A stretch of 61,800 nucleotides of DNA, the filler included, from Nemertoderma westbladi (Eukaryota > Animalia > Xenacoelomorpha), in assembly GCA_032718475.1 (NCBI GenBank). It is 3 parts of 3 records of this genome, joined end to end, with 100 filler letters (N's around TTAATTAATTAA, not from the genome) between each part and the next. Parts side by side here need not be neighbours in the genome. Positions count along the whole stretch, not along the records: positions 24,193 to 54,341 come from JAUCBJ010007797.1; 2 more parts are not named here. One strand, 5' to 3'. Position 1 is the stretch's first letter. Every line of letters starts with the position of its first letter. Shown here one piece after another: positions 35,001 to 49,400 of this stretch. A program made the translations under genes and the position numbers. The notes beneath the pieces were generated by a model. The model was not told the DNA's origin and ran no database searches. It worked only from the letters and a program-made list of their open reading frames with translations.

Positions 35001-37758
35001 ATTATCTTACTGCCTTCTATCAGCCACCAACCTGTGGCTTCTGTTGCTCAACTCTATTATCTTACTGCCTTCTATCAGCTACCAACCTGTGGCTTATGTT
35101 GCTCAACTCTATTATCTTTCCCCTTCTATCAGCCACCAACCTGTGGCTTCTGTTGTTCAACTCTATTATATTTCCCCTTCTATCAGCCACCAACCTGTGG
35201 CTTCTGTTGTTCAACTCTATCATCTTTCCCCTTCTATCAGCCACCAACCTGTGGCTTCTGTTGCTCAACTCTATTATCTTACTGCCTTCTATCAGCTACC
35301 AACCTGTGGCTTCTGTTGTTCAACTCTATTATCTTTCCCCTTCTATCAGCCACCAACCTGTGGCTTATGTTGCTCAACTCTATTGTCTTACTGCCTTCTA
35401 TCAGCCACCAACCTGTGGCTTCTGTTGTTCAACTCTATTATCTTTCCCCTTCTATCAGCCACCAACCTGTGGCTTATGTTGCTCAACTCTATTATCTTTC
35501 CCCTTCTATCAGCCACCAACCTGTGGCTTCTGTTGTTCAACTCTATTATATTTCCCCTTCTATCAGCCACCAACCTGTGGCTTCTGTTGTTCAACTCTAT
35601 TATCTTTCCCCTTCTATCAGCCACCAACCTGTGGCTTCTGTTGCTCAACTCTATTATCTTTCCCCTTCTATCAGCCACCAACCTGTGGCTTCTGTTGTTC
35701 AACTCTATTATATTTCCCCTTCTATCAGCCACCAACCTGTGGCTTCTGTTGTTCAACTCTATTATCTTACTGCCTTCTATCAGCCACCAACCTGTGGCTT
35801 CTGTTGCTCAACTCTATTATCTTACTGCCTTCTATCAGCCACCAATCTGTGGCTTCTGTTGCTCAACTCTATTATCTTACTGCCTTCTATCAGCCACCAA
35901 CCTGTGGCTTCTGTTGCTCAACTCTATTATCTTTCTGCCTTTTATCAGCCACCAACCTGTGGCTTCTGTTGCTCAACTCTATTATCTTTCTGCCTTTTAT
36001 CAGCCACCAACCTGTGGCTTCTGTTGCTCAACTCTATTATCTTACTGCCTTCTATCAGCCACCAATCTGTGGCTTCTGTTGCTCAACTCTATTATCTTAC
36101 TGCCTTCTATCAGCCACCAACCTGTGGCTTCTGTTGCTCAACTCTATTATCTTTCTGCCTTTTATCAGCCACCAACCTGTGGCTTCTGTTGCTCAACTCT
36201 ATTATCTTACTGCCTTCTATCAGCCACCAACCTGTGGCTTCTGTTGTTCAACTCTATTATCTTACTGCCTTCTATCAGCTACCAACCTGTGGCTTCTGTT
36301 GTTCAACTCTATTATATTTCCCCTTCTATCAGCAACCAACCTGTGGCTTCTGTTGTTCAACTCTATCATCTTTCCCCTTCTATCAGCCACCAACCTGTGG
36401 CTTCTGTTGCTCAACTCTATTATCTTACTGCCTTCTATCAGCCACCAACCTGTGGCTTCTGTTGTTCAACTCTATTATATTTCCCCTTCTATCAGCCACC
36501 AACCTGTGGCTTCTGTTGCTCAACTCTATTATCTTTCCCCTTCTATCAGCCACCAACCTGTGGCTTCTGTTGCTCAACTCTATTATCTTACTGCCTTCTA
36601 TCAGCCACCAACCTGTGGCTTATGTTGCTCAACTCTATTATCTTTCCCCTTCTATCAGCCACCAACCTGTGGCTTCTGTTGTTCAACTCTATTATATTTC
36701 CCCTTCTATCAGCCACCAACCTGTGGCTTCTGTTGTTCAACTCTATCATCTTTCCCCTTCTATCAGCCACCAACCTGTGGCTTCTGTTGCTCAACTCTAT
36801 TATCTTACTGCCTTCTATCAGCTACCAACCTGTGGCTTCTGTTGTTCAACTCTATTATCTTTCCCCTTCTATCAGCCACCAACCTGTGGCTTATGTTGCT
36901 CAACTCTATTATCTTACTGCCTTCTATCAGCCACCAACCTGTGGCTTCTGTTGTTCAACTCTATTATCTTTCCCCTTCTATCAGCCACCAACCTGTGGCT
37001 TATGTTGCTCAACTCTATTATCTTTCCCCTTCTATCAGCCACCAACCTGTGGCTTCTGTTGTTCAACTCTATTATATTTCCCCTTCTATCAGCCACCAAC
37101 CTGTGGCTTCTGTTGTTCAACTCTATTATCTTTCCCCTTCTATCAGCCACCAACCTGTGGCTTATGTTGCTCAACTCTATTATCTTTCCCCTTCTATCAG
37201 CCACCAACCTGTGGCTTCTGTTGTTCAACTCTATTATATTTCCCCTTCTATCAGCCACCAACCTGTGGCTTCTGTTGTTCAACTCTATTATCTTACTGCC
37301 TTCTATCAGCCACCAACCTGTGGCTTCTGTTGTTCAACTCTATTATCTTCCCCCTTCTATCAGCCACCAACCTGTGGCTTATGTTGCTCAACTCTATTAT
37401 CTTTCCCCTTCTATCAGCCACCAACCTGTGGCTTCTGTTGTTCAACTCTATTATATTTCCCCTTCTATCAGCCACCAACCTGTGGCTTCTGTTGTTCAAC
37501 TCTATTATCTTACTGCCTTCTATCAGCCACCAACCTGTGGCTTCTGTTGCTCAACTCTATTATCTTACTGCCTTCTATCAGCCACCAATCTGTGGCTTCT
37601 GTTGCTCAACTCTATTATCTTACTGCCTTCTATCAGCCACCAACCTGTGGCTTCTGTTGCTCAACTCTATTATCTTTCTGCCTTTTATCAGCCACCAACC
37701 TGTGGCTTCTGTTGCTCAACTCTATTATCTTTCTGCCTTTTATCAGCCACCAACCTGT
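29091..37758. repeat. Intronic 54/55-bp minisatellite, ~160 copies, tektin intron 5
   Basis: CAACCTGTGGCTTCTGTTG(T/C)TCAACTCTATTATCTT(ACTG/TCC)CCTTCTATCAGC(C/T)AC tandemly repeated for ~8.7 kb. Confidence 0.98.
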
Positions 37759-37945
37759 ATTTTCTTTCTGCCACTCATCCTCATCCTTTGCTTTCTCCAT
37801 ATCGTGGATCCGTTTCCGCAATGCGTACTCCGTCGCTTGTCTCTGAGCTTCTACATCGTTTGCCGTTTTCGCTATCGTTGCCTTTACGGCTTCCCGCAGC
37901 GTTTTGGACGCCTTCATCTCAGCATCTGCGCGGGATTTGTTGTAC
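37755..37945 (-). CDS. TEKT2: Tektin-2 coding exon 5
   Basis: YNKSRADAEMKASKTLREAVKATIAKTANDVEAQRQATEYALRKRIHDMEKAKDEDEWQKENT; AG acceptor 37946-7, donor GTTGGT at 37754; phases fit exons 4 and 6. Confidence 0.9.
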
Positions 37946-38097
37946 CTGGAATAATAAATGTATCATAATTGAGAATAAATACATTATTCCCTGAGTGTAA
38001 GAAAATTCGCATTCACACCATTTATCACTAAGCAAAAACTAATAGGAATAACACAAACTCAGGTGATCACATGAAAATTATAAAATTTAAAGTGAAT

Positions 38098-38172
38098 AGC
38101 GCGGACTGAAGCGCGGACATTCAAAGCGCGGACATTCAAAGCGCGGACATTCAAAGCGCGGACATTCAAAGC
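38098..38172. repeat. 15-bp tandem repeat GCGCGGACATTCAAA x4-5
   Basis: Directly visible in tektin intron 4. Confidence 0.9.
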
Positions 38173-38466
38173 TGGTGATTGATTGACATCTGGTGGGAAT
38201 ATTAAATTATTGCATGATGTATATTTTTTGCAAGGTGTCATTATCACCATTTTCACTGGAAATTAATTAATTGGAAATAATAAACCTAACAGCCTAACAT
38301 CATAGCAATTTGTAGCAGGCCAATAACAACTAAACTAAATCATATCTATATACAAAACAAAGCGATCTATAATTATTTAGAGGTTAGTAAACAATCGATT
38401 TCTAGACACTAAACTACAGTAAACGACCTCTTTGAACCTCACTAACCAACATGCTCAACAACTCAC

Positions 38467-38643
38467 CTGCTAAATTCGTGCCATTCCTGTGGAGTAACAC
38501 TTCCTTTTGGAGTTCTTGTAGAATTATAAATGAAACATATCTCAGGGTCGTCTTCAGTTAGGTCCCGTTGTTCCGTATCAATATCCAAAGCAATGTTCTT
38601 GTATAAGAGATCTCGGTTCACTTGTTCTCTCGCCTCTTCCAGT
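38467..38643 (-). CDS. TEKT2: Tektin-2 coding exon 4
   Basis: LEEAREQVNRDLLYKNIALDIDTEQRDLTEDDPEICFIYNSTRTPKGSVTPQEWHEFS; CAG acceptor and GTGAGT donor; phase 2 to 2. Confidence 0.9.
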
Positions 38644-38680
38644 CTGTTTGGATTAAATTAATAAACAAAAGAACCATTAA

Positions 38681-40164
38681 CCCTATTAGTACAGGGCTAT
38701 TTTACGTAAACGTCTGATGTTTTGTTTGTACGTAGGTATCACTTGTCTGAATCCGACCGAAAAAAAAAATTTCGAAAAAATGTACTGGGGTGGTTATATT
38801 GCAGCACCAAAATTACAAGTAGTGCACAATTTTCACAAAATTTGAAAGTTACATTTTCGGCTAATTATTTTTCACTACAGGTTTTTTGGGGTGCAAAATA
38901 CATTGGAAAATATTTAAAAATGATATGATTACTATAAATGGCTGTTTAGTCCTCTCTGCGCAGGAAAAAAAATGAAAAAAACAAGTAACCAGCACTTTTC
39001 AGTTAGAACGCAAAATTTTTAATTCACATTATGCTATAAATTCACATTTTCAGGTTTTCGAGGGCGCTGATTCTAATGGAATACATTTCTAATATGCCAG
39101 ATCATTGCTACTTGTATTTTTCGGCGTAATTTGGCAAATTTTGGTGCTAGCACCAAATTTCGTACCCATCACAAAAAAGTACAAGTTTGCGATGTCCAGT
39201 GCTGTTTTTATTGATTCCATCGGATTCAGGACCCTCATAAACCCGTATAACGCAAGAAACAAGGTGATACTATCTACTTATCTATTTGCATATTTTCCAA
39301 AATTTGGTGCTGGCACAACAATTTTCACCCACCGGCGAAAAATACAAGTTTGAGAACGCTTATGAAATTTTTACTGATTCCATTGAATACAGAACCATCA
39401 CAAACCCGTATAACGCAAGAAACAAGGTGACACAATCAATTGATATATTTGATGGTTTTCAAAATTTGGTGCTAGCACAACATTTTGCACCCACATCCGA
39501 AAAATACAAGTTTGAGATGTCTAGTTCGATAATTATATTTTCCATTGAATTCAGAACAGCCATAAACCTCTAAAACGCAAGAAATAAATTGTCACAAGCA
39601 ATTTTATATATTGAATGGATTTTCAAAATTTCGTGCTAGCACCAAAATTTGCACACAGCACCGAAAAATACAAGTTTGATACGCTTGGTGCAACTCGTAT
39701 ATATCCAGAACCCCAAAAAACCCCAATTGCGTATAAAACAAGTTTCAAACAATCAATTTACAAAATTGACTTATTTCAAAAATTGGTGCTGGCACCAAAA
39801 TTTGGCACCCATCGAAAAAAACAAGTTTGAAATTTCTAAATCAATTTATATGAATTCCATCCAATTTCTAACACCAAAAAACCGGTGTAAATCAAAAATA
39901 GAAATGTTACAATTCATAATTAATGAAATGTAATTTTCAAAAAACGTCTCAAAAAAAGTGCCAAAAGTAGGGTTAAAAAATGGTGCTATAACTCGAAAAG
40001 TACCCAATATTTTTGAAAACGGTTTTCACTATCATGAAGAAAATTGATTTTTAGGAAAAGTCATAAAATTTCAGATTCCCAACTGCGTTTGTTTCAGAAT
40101 TATAATAAAAAAACCACGGGAAGGGTCATTCATATTGACCCCCCCCCCCCCGGGTTTAATAGGG
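38681..40164. mobile_element. Non-autonomous TTAA-specific (piggyBac-like) DNA element with internal ~163-bp tandem repeats
   Basis: TTAA (38677-80) CCCTATTA ... TAATAGGG TTAA (40165-68); no transposase ORF; repeated AACCCGTATAACGCAAGAAACAAGGTGA at 39240 and 39403. Confidence 0.75.
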
Positions 40165-40276
40165 TTAAATTTGTACCATTGTATGAGGGCACGTGTCTAC
40201 TAAATAATTAATTAAGCCTATGAATAATCGCAATGGTGTATATATTTTCATAGAGTTTAATTTTTATATACTATAC

Positions 40277-40449
40277 CTGCAAAGTTGTTCGAAGCTTTCA
40301 GCGCACTTCTGTTGAAGAGCTTTCTTTGCTCCTTCAATGACTTTCACCTCATTCCGTAGCTCTTCCTCAACAAGGTCGTCTACAAGGTCAATGTCTCGTC
40401 TTCCATCTCTCACAGTTAGGTTGTCCTGGGCAACGTCTAATGGCAACGC
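40277..40449 (-). CDS. TEKT2: Tektin-2 coding exon 3
   Basis: ALPLDVAQDNLTVRDGRRDIDLVDDLVEEELRNEVKVIEGAKKALQQKCAESFEQLC; TAG acceptor, GTATAG donor; phase 0 to 2. Confidence 0.93.
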
Positions 40450-40496
40450 CTAGATGGGTCGATATTTTGATGATTAATTAGTTTCATTGCCACTCA

Positions 40497-43400
40497 ATGG
40501 TATGTGAGATTAGTTTACACTAAACAGCTCCACCCACTGTAGTTAACAGACACAATGTATAGGATATTGTTCACACTAAACTGCTCCACCCACTGTAGTT
40601 ATCACACACCGTGGTTTGGGAGATTGTTCACACTAAACAGCTCCACCCACTGTAATTAACACACATCGTGGTATGGGAGATTGTTCACACTAAACTGCTC
40701 CACCCACTGTAGTTATCACACACCGTGGTTTGGGAGATTGTTCACACTAAACAGCTCCACCCACTGTAATTAACACACATCGTGGTATGGGAGATTGTTC
40801 ACACTAAACTGCTCCACCCACTGTAGTTATCACACACCGTGGTTTGGGAGATTGTTCACACTAAACAGCTCCACCCACTGTAATTAACACACATCGTGGT
40901 ATGGGAGATTGTTCACACTAAACTGCTCCACCCACTGTAGTTATCACACACCGTGGTTTGGGAGATTGTTCACACTAAACAGCTCCACCCACTCCACCCA
41001 CTGTAATTAACACACACCGCGGTTTGGGAGATTGTTCACACTAAACTGCTCCACCCACTGTAGTTATCACACACCGTGGTTTGGGAGATTCTTCACACTA
41101 AACTGCTCCACCCACTGTAGTTATCACACACCGTGGTTTGGGAGATTCTTCACACTAAACAGCTCCACCCACTCCACCCACTGTAATTAACACACACCGC
41201 GGTTTGGGAGATTGTTCACACTAAACTGCTCCACCCACTGTAGTTATCACACACCGTGGTTTGGGAGATTCTTCACACTAAACTGCTCCACCCACTGTAG
41301 TTATCACACACCGTGGTTTGGGAGATTGTTCACACTAAACAGCTCCACCCACTGTAATTAACACACATCGTGGTATGGGAGATTGTTCACACTAAACTGC
41401 TCCACCCACTGTAGTTATCACACACCGTGGTTTGGGAGATTGTTCACACTAAACTGCTCCACCCACTGTAGTTATCACACACCGTGGTTTGGGAGATTGT
41501 TCACACTAAACTGCTCCACCTACTGTAGTTAACACACAGCGTGGTATGGGAGATTGTTCACACTAAACTGCTCCACCCACTGTAGTTATCACACACCGTG
41601 GTTTGGGAGATTGTTCACACTAAACAGCTCCACCCACTGTAATTAACACACATCGTGGTATGGGAGATTGTTCACACTAAACTGCTCCACCCACTGTAGT
41701 TATCACACACCGTGGTTTGGGAGATTGTTCACACTAAACAGCTCCACCCACTGTAATTAACACACATCGTGGTATGGGAGATTGTTCACACTAAACTGCT
41801 CCACCCACTGTAGTTATCACACACCGTGGTTTGGGAGATTGTTCACACTAAACAGCTCCACCCACTCCACCCACTGTAGTTATCACACACCGTGGTTTGG
41901 GAGATTGTTCACACTAAACAGCTCCACCCACTGTAATTAACACACATCGTGGTATGGGAGATTGTTCACACTAAACTGCTCCACCCACTGTAGTTATCAC
42001 ACACCGTGGTTTGGGAGATTGTTCACACTAAACTGCTCCACCTACTGTAGTTATCACACACCGTGGTTTGGGAGATTGTTCACACTAAACAGCTCCACCC
42101 ACTCCACCCACTGTAGTTATCACACACCGTGGTTTGGGAGATTGTTCACACTAAACAGCTCCACCCACTGTAATTAACACACATCGTGGTATGGGAGATT
42201 GTTCACACTAAACTGCTCCACCCACTGTAGTTATCACACACCGTGGTTTGGGAGATTGTTCACACTAAACAGCTCCACCCACTCCACCCACTGTAGTTAT
42301 CACACACCGTGGTTTGGGAGATTGTTCACACTAAACAGCTCCACCCACTGTAGTTATCACACACCGTGGTTTGGGAGATTGTTCACACTAAACAGCTCCA
42401 CCCACTCCACCCACTGTAGTTATCACACACCGTGGTTTGGGAGATTGTTCACACTAAACAGCTCCACCCACTGTAATTAACACACATCGTGGTATGGGAG
42501 ATTGTTCACACTAAACTGCTCCACCCACTGTAGTTATCACACACCGTGGTTTGGGAGATTGTTCACACTAAACAGCTCCACCCACTGTAATTAACACACA
42601 TCGTGGTATGGGAGATTGTTCACACTAAACTGCTCCACCCACTGTAGTTATCACACACCGCGGTTTGGGAGATTGTTCACACTAAACAGCTCCACCCACT
42701 GTAATTAACACACAGCGTGGTTTGGGAGATTGTTCACACTAAACAGCTCCACCCACTGTAATTAACACACATCGTGGTATGGGAGATTGTTCACACTAAA
42801 CTGCTCCACCCACTGTAGTTATCACACACCGTGGTTTGGGAGATTGTTCACACTAAACAGCTCCACCCACTGTAATTAACACACAGCGGGGTTTGGGAGA
42901 TTGTTCACACTAAACTGCTCCACCCACTGTAGTTATCACACACCGTGGTTTGGGAGATTGTTCACACTAAACAGCTCCACCCACTGTAATTAACACACAG
43001 CGGGGTTTGGGAGATTGTTCACACTAAACAGCTCCACCCACTGTAATTAACACACACCGCGGTTTGGGAGATTGTTCACACTAAACAGCTCCACCCACTG
43101 TAATTAACACACACCGCGGTTTGGGAGATTGTTCACACTAAACAGCTCCACCCACTGTAATTAACACACAGCGGGGTTTGGGAGATTGTTCACACTAAAC
43201 AGCTCCACCCACTGTAATTAACACACAGCGGGGTTTGGGAGATTGTTCACACTAAACTGCTCCACCCACTGTAATTAACACACAGCGGGGTTTGGGAGAT
43301 TGTTCACACTAAACTGCTCCACCCACTGTAATTAACACACACCGCGGTTTGGGAGATTGTTCACACTAAACAGCTCCACCCACTGTAATTAACACACAGC

Positions 43401-46400
43401 GGGGTTTGGGAGATTGTTCACACTAAACAGCTCCACCCACTGTAATTAACACACACCGCGGTTTGGGAGATTGTTCACACTAAACAGCTCCACCCACTGT
43501 AATTAACACACAGCGGGGTTTGGGAGATTGTTCACACTAAACAGCTCCACCCACTGTAATTAACACACAGCGGGGTTTGGGAGATTGTTCACACTAAACT
43601 GCTCCACCCACTGTAATTAACACACAGCGGGGTTTGGGAGATTGTTCACACTAAACTGCTCCACCCACTGTAGTTATCACACACCGTGGTTTGGGAGATT
43701 GTTCACACTAAACAGCTCCACCCACTGTAATTAACACACATCGTGGTATGGGAGATTGTTCACACTAAACTGCTCCACCCACTGTAGTTATCACACACCG
43801 TGGTTTGGGAGATTGTTCACACTAAACAGCTCCACCCACTGTAATTAACACACACCGCGGTTTGGGAGATTGTTCACAGTAAACTTCTCCACCCACTGTA
43901 GTTAACACACACCGTGGTTTGGGAGATTGTTCACACTAAACTGCTCCACCTACTGTAGTTAGCACACAGGGGGTTTGGGAGATTGTTCACACTAAACTGC
44001 TCCACCCACTGCAGTTAACAAAAACCATGGTATGGGAGATTGTTCACACTAAGCAGCTCCACCCACTGCAGTTAACAAAAACCATGGTATGGGAGATTGT
44101 TCACACTAAACTGCTCCACCCACTGTAGTTATCACACACCGTGGTTTGGGAGATTGTTCACACTAAACTGCTCCACCTACTGTAGTTAACACACAGCGTG
44201 GTATGGGAGATTGTTCACACTAAACTGCTCCACCCACTGTAGTTAACACACACCGCGGCTAGGGAGATTGTTCACAGTAAACTTCTCCACCCACTGTAGT
44301 TAACACACACCGTGGTTTGGGAGATTGTTCACACTAAACTGCTCCACCTACTGTAGTTAGCACACAGGGGGTTTGGGAGATTGTTCACACTAAACTGCTC
44401 CACCCACTGTAGTTAACACACACCGTGGTTTGGGAGATTGTTCTCACTAAACTGCTCCACCTACTGTAGTTAGCACACAGGGGGTTTGGGAGATTGTTCA
44501 CACTAAACTGCTCCACCCACTGCAGTTAACAAAAACCATGGTATGGGAGATTGTTCACACTAAGCAGCTCCACCCACTGCAGTTAACAAAAACCATGGTA
44601 TGGGAGATTGTTCACACTAAACTGCTCCACCCACTGTAGTTATCACACACCGTGGTTTGGGAGATTGTTCACACTAAACTGCTCCACCTACTGTAGTTAA
44701 CACACAGCGTGGTATGGGAGATTGTTCACACTAAACTGCTCCACCCACTGTAATTAACACACACCGTGGTTTGGGAGATTGTTCACACTAAACTGCTCCA
44801 CCTACTGTAGTTAGCACACAGGGGGTTTGGGAGATTGTTCACACTAAACTGCTCCACCCACTGCAGTTAACAAAAACCATGGTATGGGAGATTGTTCACA
44901 CTAAGCAGCTCCACCCACTGCAGTTAACAAAAACCATGGTATGGGAGATTGTTCACACTAAACTGCTCCACCCACTGTAGTTATCACACACCGTGGTTTG
45001 GGAGATTGTTCACACTAAACTGCTCCACCTACTGTAGTTAACACACAGCGTGGTATGGGAGATTGTTCACACTAAACTGCTCCATCCACTGCAGTTATCA
45101 CACACCGTGGTTTGGGAGATTGTTCACACTAAACAGCTCCACCCACTGTAATTAACACACATCGTGGTATGGGAGATTGTTCACACTAAACTGCTCCACC
45201 CACTGTAGTTATCACACACCGTGGTTTGGGAGATTGTTCACACTAAACTGCTCTAACAAATGTAGTTAACACACACCATGTATAGGAGATTGTTCACACT
45301 AAACTGCTCCATCCACTGTAGTTAACACACAGCGGGGTTTGGGAGATTGTTCACACTAAACTGCTCCACCCACTGTAATTAACACACAGCGTGGTATGGG
45401 AGATTGTTCACACTAAACTGCTCCATCCACTGCAGTTATCACACACCGTGGTTTGGGAGATTGTTCACACTAAACAGCTCCACCCACTGTAATTAACACA
45501 CATCGTGGTATGGGAGATTGTTCACACTAAACTGCTCCACCCACTGTAGGTAACACACAGCGTGGTATGGGAGATTGTTCACACTAAACTGCTCCACCCA
45601 CTGTAGTTATCACACACCGTGGTTTGGGAGATTGTTCACACTAAACAGCTCCACCCACTGTAATTAACACACATCATGGTATGGGAGATTGTTCACACTA
45701 AACTGCTCCACCCACTGTAATTAACACCTATCATGTATAGGATATTGTTCACACTAAACTGCTCCACCCACTGTAATTAACATCACACCGTGGTTCGGGA
45801 GATTGTTCACACTAAACTGCTCCACCCACTGTAATTAACATCACACCATGGTTCGGGAGATTGTTCACACTAAACTGCTCCACCCACTGTAGGTAACACA
45901 CAGCGTGGTATGGGAGATTGTTCACACTAAACTGCTCCACCCACTGTAGGTAACACACAGCGTGGTATGGGAGATTGTTCACACTAAACTGCTCCACCCA
46001 CTGTAGTTATCACACACCGTGGTTTGGGAGATTGTTCACACTAAACAGCTCCACCCACTGTAATTAACACACATCATGGTATGGGAGATTGTTCACACTA
46101 AACTGCTCCACCCACTGTAATTAACACCTATCATGTATAGGATATTGTTCACACTAAACTGCTCCACCCACTGTAATTAACATCACACCGTGGTTCGGGA
46201 GATTGTTCACACTAAACTGCTCCACCCACTGTAATTAACATCACACCATGGTTCGGGAGATTGTTCACACTAAACTGCTCCACCCACTGTAGTTATCACA
46301 CACCGTGGTTTGGGAGATTGTTCACACTAAACAGCTCCACCCACTGTAATTAACACACATCATGGTATGGGAGATTGTTCACACTAAACTGCTCCACCCA

Positions 46401-49400
46401 CTGTAATTAACACCTATCATGTATAGGATATTGTTCACACTAAACTGCTCCACCCACTGTAATTAACATCACACCGTGGTTCGGGAGATTGTTCACACTA
46501 AACTGCTCCACCCACTGTAATTAACATCACACCATGGTTCGGGAGATTGTTCACACTAAACTGCTCCACCCACTGTAATTAACACACACCGTGGTTCGGG
46601 AGATTGTTCACACTAAACTGCTCCACCCACTGTAATTAACATCACACCATGGTTCGGGAGATTGTTCACACTAAACTGCTCCACCCACTGTAGGTAACAC
46701 ACAGCGTGGTATGGGAGATTGTTCACACTAAACTGCTCCACCCACTGTAGTTATCACACACCGTGGTTTGGGAGATTCTTCACACTAAACAGCTCCACCC
46801 CTGTAATTAACACACATCGTGGTATGGGAGATTGTTCACACTAAACTGCTCCATCCACTGCAGTTATCACACACCGTGGTTTGGGAGATTGTTCACACTA
46901 AACAGCTCCACCCACTGTAATTAACACACATCGTGGTATGGGAGATTGTTCACACTAAACTGCTCCACCCACTGCAGTTATCACACACCGTGGTTTGGGA
47001 GATTCTTCACACTAAACTTCTCCACCCACTGTAGTTAACACACACCGTGGTTTGGGAGATTGTTCACACTAAACTGCTCCACCCACTGTAATTAACATCA
47101 CACCATGGTTCGGGAGATTGTTCACACTAAACTGCTCTACCAAATGTAGTTAACACACACCATGTATAGGATATTGTTCACACTAAACTGCTTCACCCAC
47201 TGTAGTTAACACACAGCGTGGTTTGGGAGATTGTTCACACTAAACTTCTCCACCCACTGTAGTTAACACACACCGTGGTTTGGGAGATTGTTCACACTAA
47301 ACTGCTCCACCTACTGTAGTTAACATACAGGGGGGTTTGGGAGATTGTTCACACTAAACTGCTCCACCCACTGCAGTTAACAAAAACCATGGTATGGGAG
47401 ATTGTTCACACTAAACTGCTCCACCTACTGTAGTTAACACACAGCGTGGTATGGGAGATTGTTCACACTAAACTGCTCTACCAAATGTAGTTAACACACA
47501 CCATGTATAGGATATTGTTCACACTAAACTGCTCCACGCACTGTAGTTAACACACAGCGTGGTTTGGGAGATTGTTCACACTAAACTTCTCCACCCACTG
47601 TAGTTAACACACACCGTGGTTTGGGAGATTGTTCACACTAAACTGCTCCACCTACTGTAGTTAACATACAGGGGGGTTTGGGAGATTGTTCACACTAAAC
47701 TGCTCCACCCACTGCAGTTAACAAAAACCATGGTATGGGAGATTGTTCACACTAAACTGCTCCACCCACTGCAGTTAACAAAAACCATGGTATGGGAGAT
47801 TGTTCACACTAAACTGCTCCACCTACTGTAGTTAACACACACCGTGGTTTGGGAGATTGTGCACACTAAACTGCTCCACCCACTTTAATTAACACACAGC
47901 GTGGTATGGGAGATTGTTCACACTAAACTGCTCTACCAAATGTAGTTAACACACACCATGTATAGGATATTGTTCACACTAAACTGCTCCACGCACTGTA
48001 GTTAACACACAGCGTGGTTTGGGAGATTGTTCACACTAAAGTTCTCCACCCACTGTAGTTAACACACACCGTGGTTTGGGAGATTGTTCACACTAAACTG
48101 CTCCACCTACTGTAGTTAACATACAGGGGGGTTTGGGAGATTGTTCACACTAAACTGCTCCACCCACTGCAGTTAACAAAAACCATGGTATGGGAGATTG
48201 TTCACACTAAACAGCTCCACCCACTGTAATTAACACACATCGTGGTATGGGAAATTGTTCACACTAAACTGCTCCACCCACTGTAGTTATCACACACCGT
48301 GGTTTGGGAGATTGTTCACACTAAACAGCTCCACCCACTGTAATTAACACACATCATGGTATGGGAGATTGTTCACACTAAACTGCTCCACCTACTGTAG
48401 TTAACATACAGGGGGGTTTGGGAGATTGTTCACACTAAACTGCTCCACCCACTGCAGTTAACAAAAACCATGGTATGGGAGATTGTTCACACTAAACTGC
48501 TCCACCTACTGTAGTTAACACACAGCGTGGTATGGGAGATTGTTCACACTAAACTGCTCTACCAAATGTAGTTAACACACACCATGTATAGGATATTGTT
48601 CACACTAAACTGCTTCACCCACTGTAGTTAACACACAGCGTGGTTTGGGAGATTGTTCACACTAAACTTCTCCACCCACTGTAGTTAACACACACCGTGG
48701 TTTGGGAGATTGTTCACACTAAACTGCTCCACCTACTGTAGTTAACACACAGCGTGGTATGGGAGATTGTTCACACTAAACTGCTCTACCAAATGTAGTT
48801 AACACACACCATGTATAGGATATTGTTCACACTAAACTGCTTCACCCACTGTAGTTAACACACAGCGTGGTTTGGGATATTGTTCACACTAAACTGCTCT
48901 ACCAAATGTAGTTAACACACACCATGTATAGGATATTGTTCACACTAAACTGCTTCACCCACTGTAGTTAACACACAGCGTGGTTTGGGAGATTGTTCAC
49001 ACTAAACTTCTCCACCCACTGTAGTTAACACACACCGTGGTTTGGGAGATTGTTCACACTAAACTGCTCCACCTACTGTAGTTAACACACAGCGTGGTAT
49101 GGGAGATTGTTCACACTAAACTGCTCTACCAAATGTAGTTAACACACACCATGTATAGGATATTGTTCACACTAAACTGCTTCACCCACTGTAGTTAACA
49201 CACAGCGTGGTTTGGGAGATTGTTCACACTAAACAGCTCCACCCACTGTAGTTAACACACAGCGTGGTTTGGGAGATTGTTCACACTAAACTGCTCCACC
49301 TACTGTAGTTAACATACAGGGGGGTTTGGGAGATTGTTCACACTAAACTGCTCCACCCACTGCAGTTAACAAAAACCATGGTATGGGAGATTGTTCACAC

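Noticed and set aside
28914-37994. Three overlapping ~2900-3000 aa ORFs on the + strand
   Set aside because: Translation of a 54/55-bp minisatellite that lacks stop triplets on that strand; all three frames give the same cyclic peptides; antisense and intronic to tektin-2.
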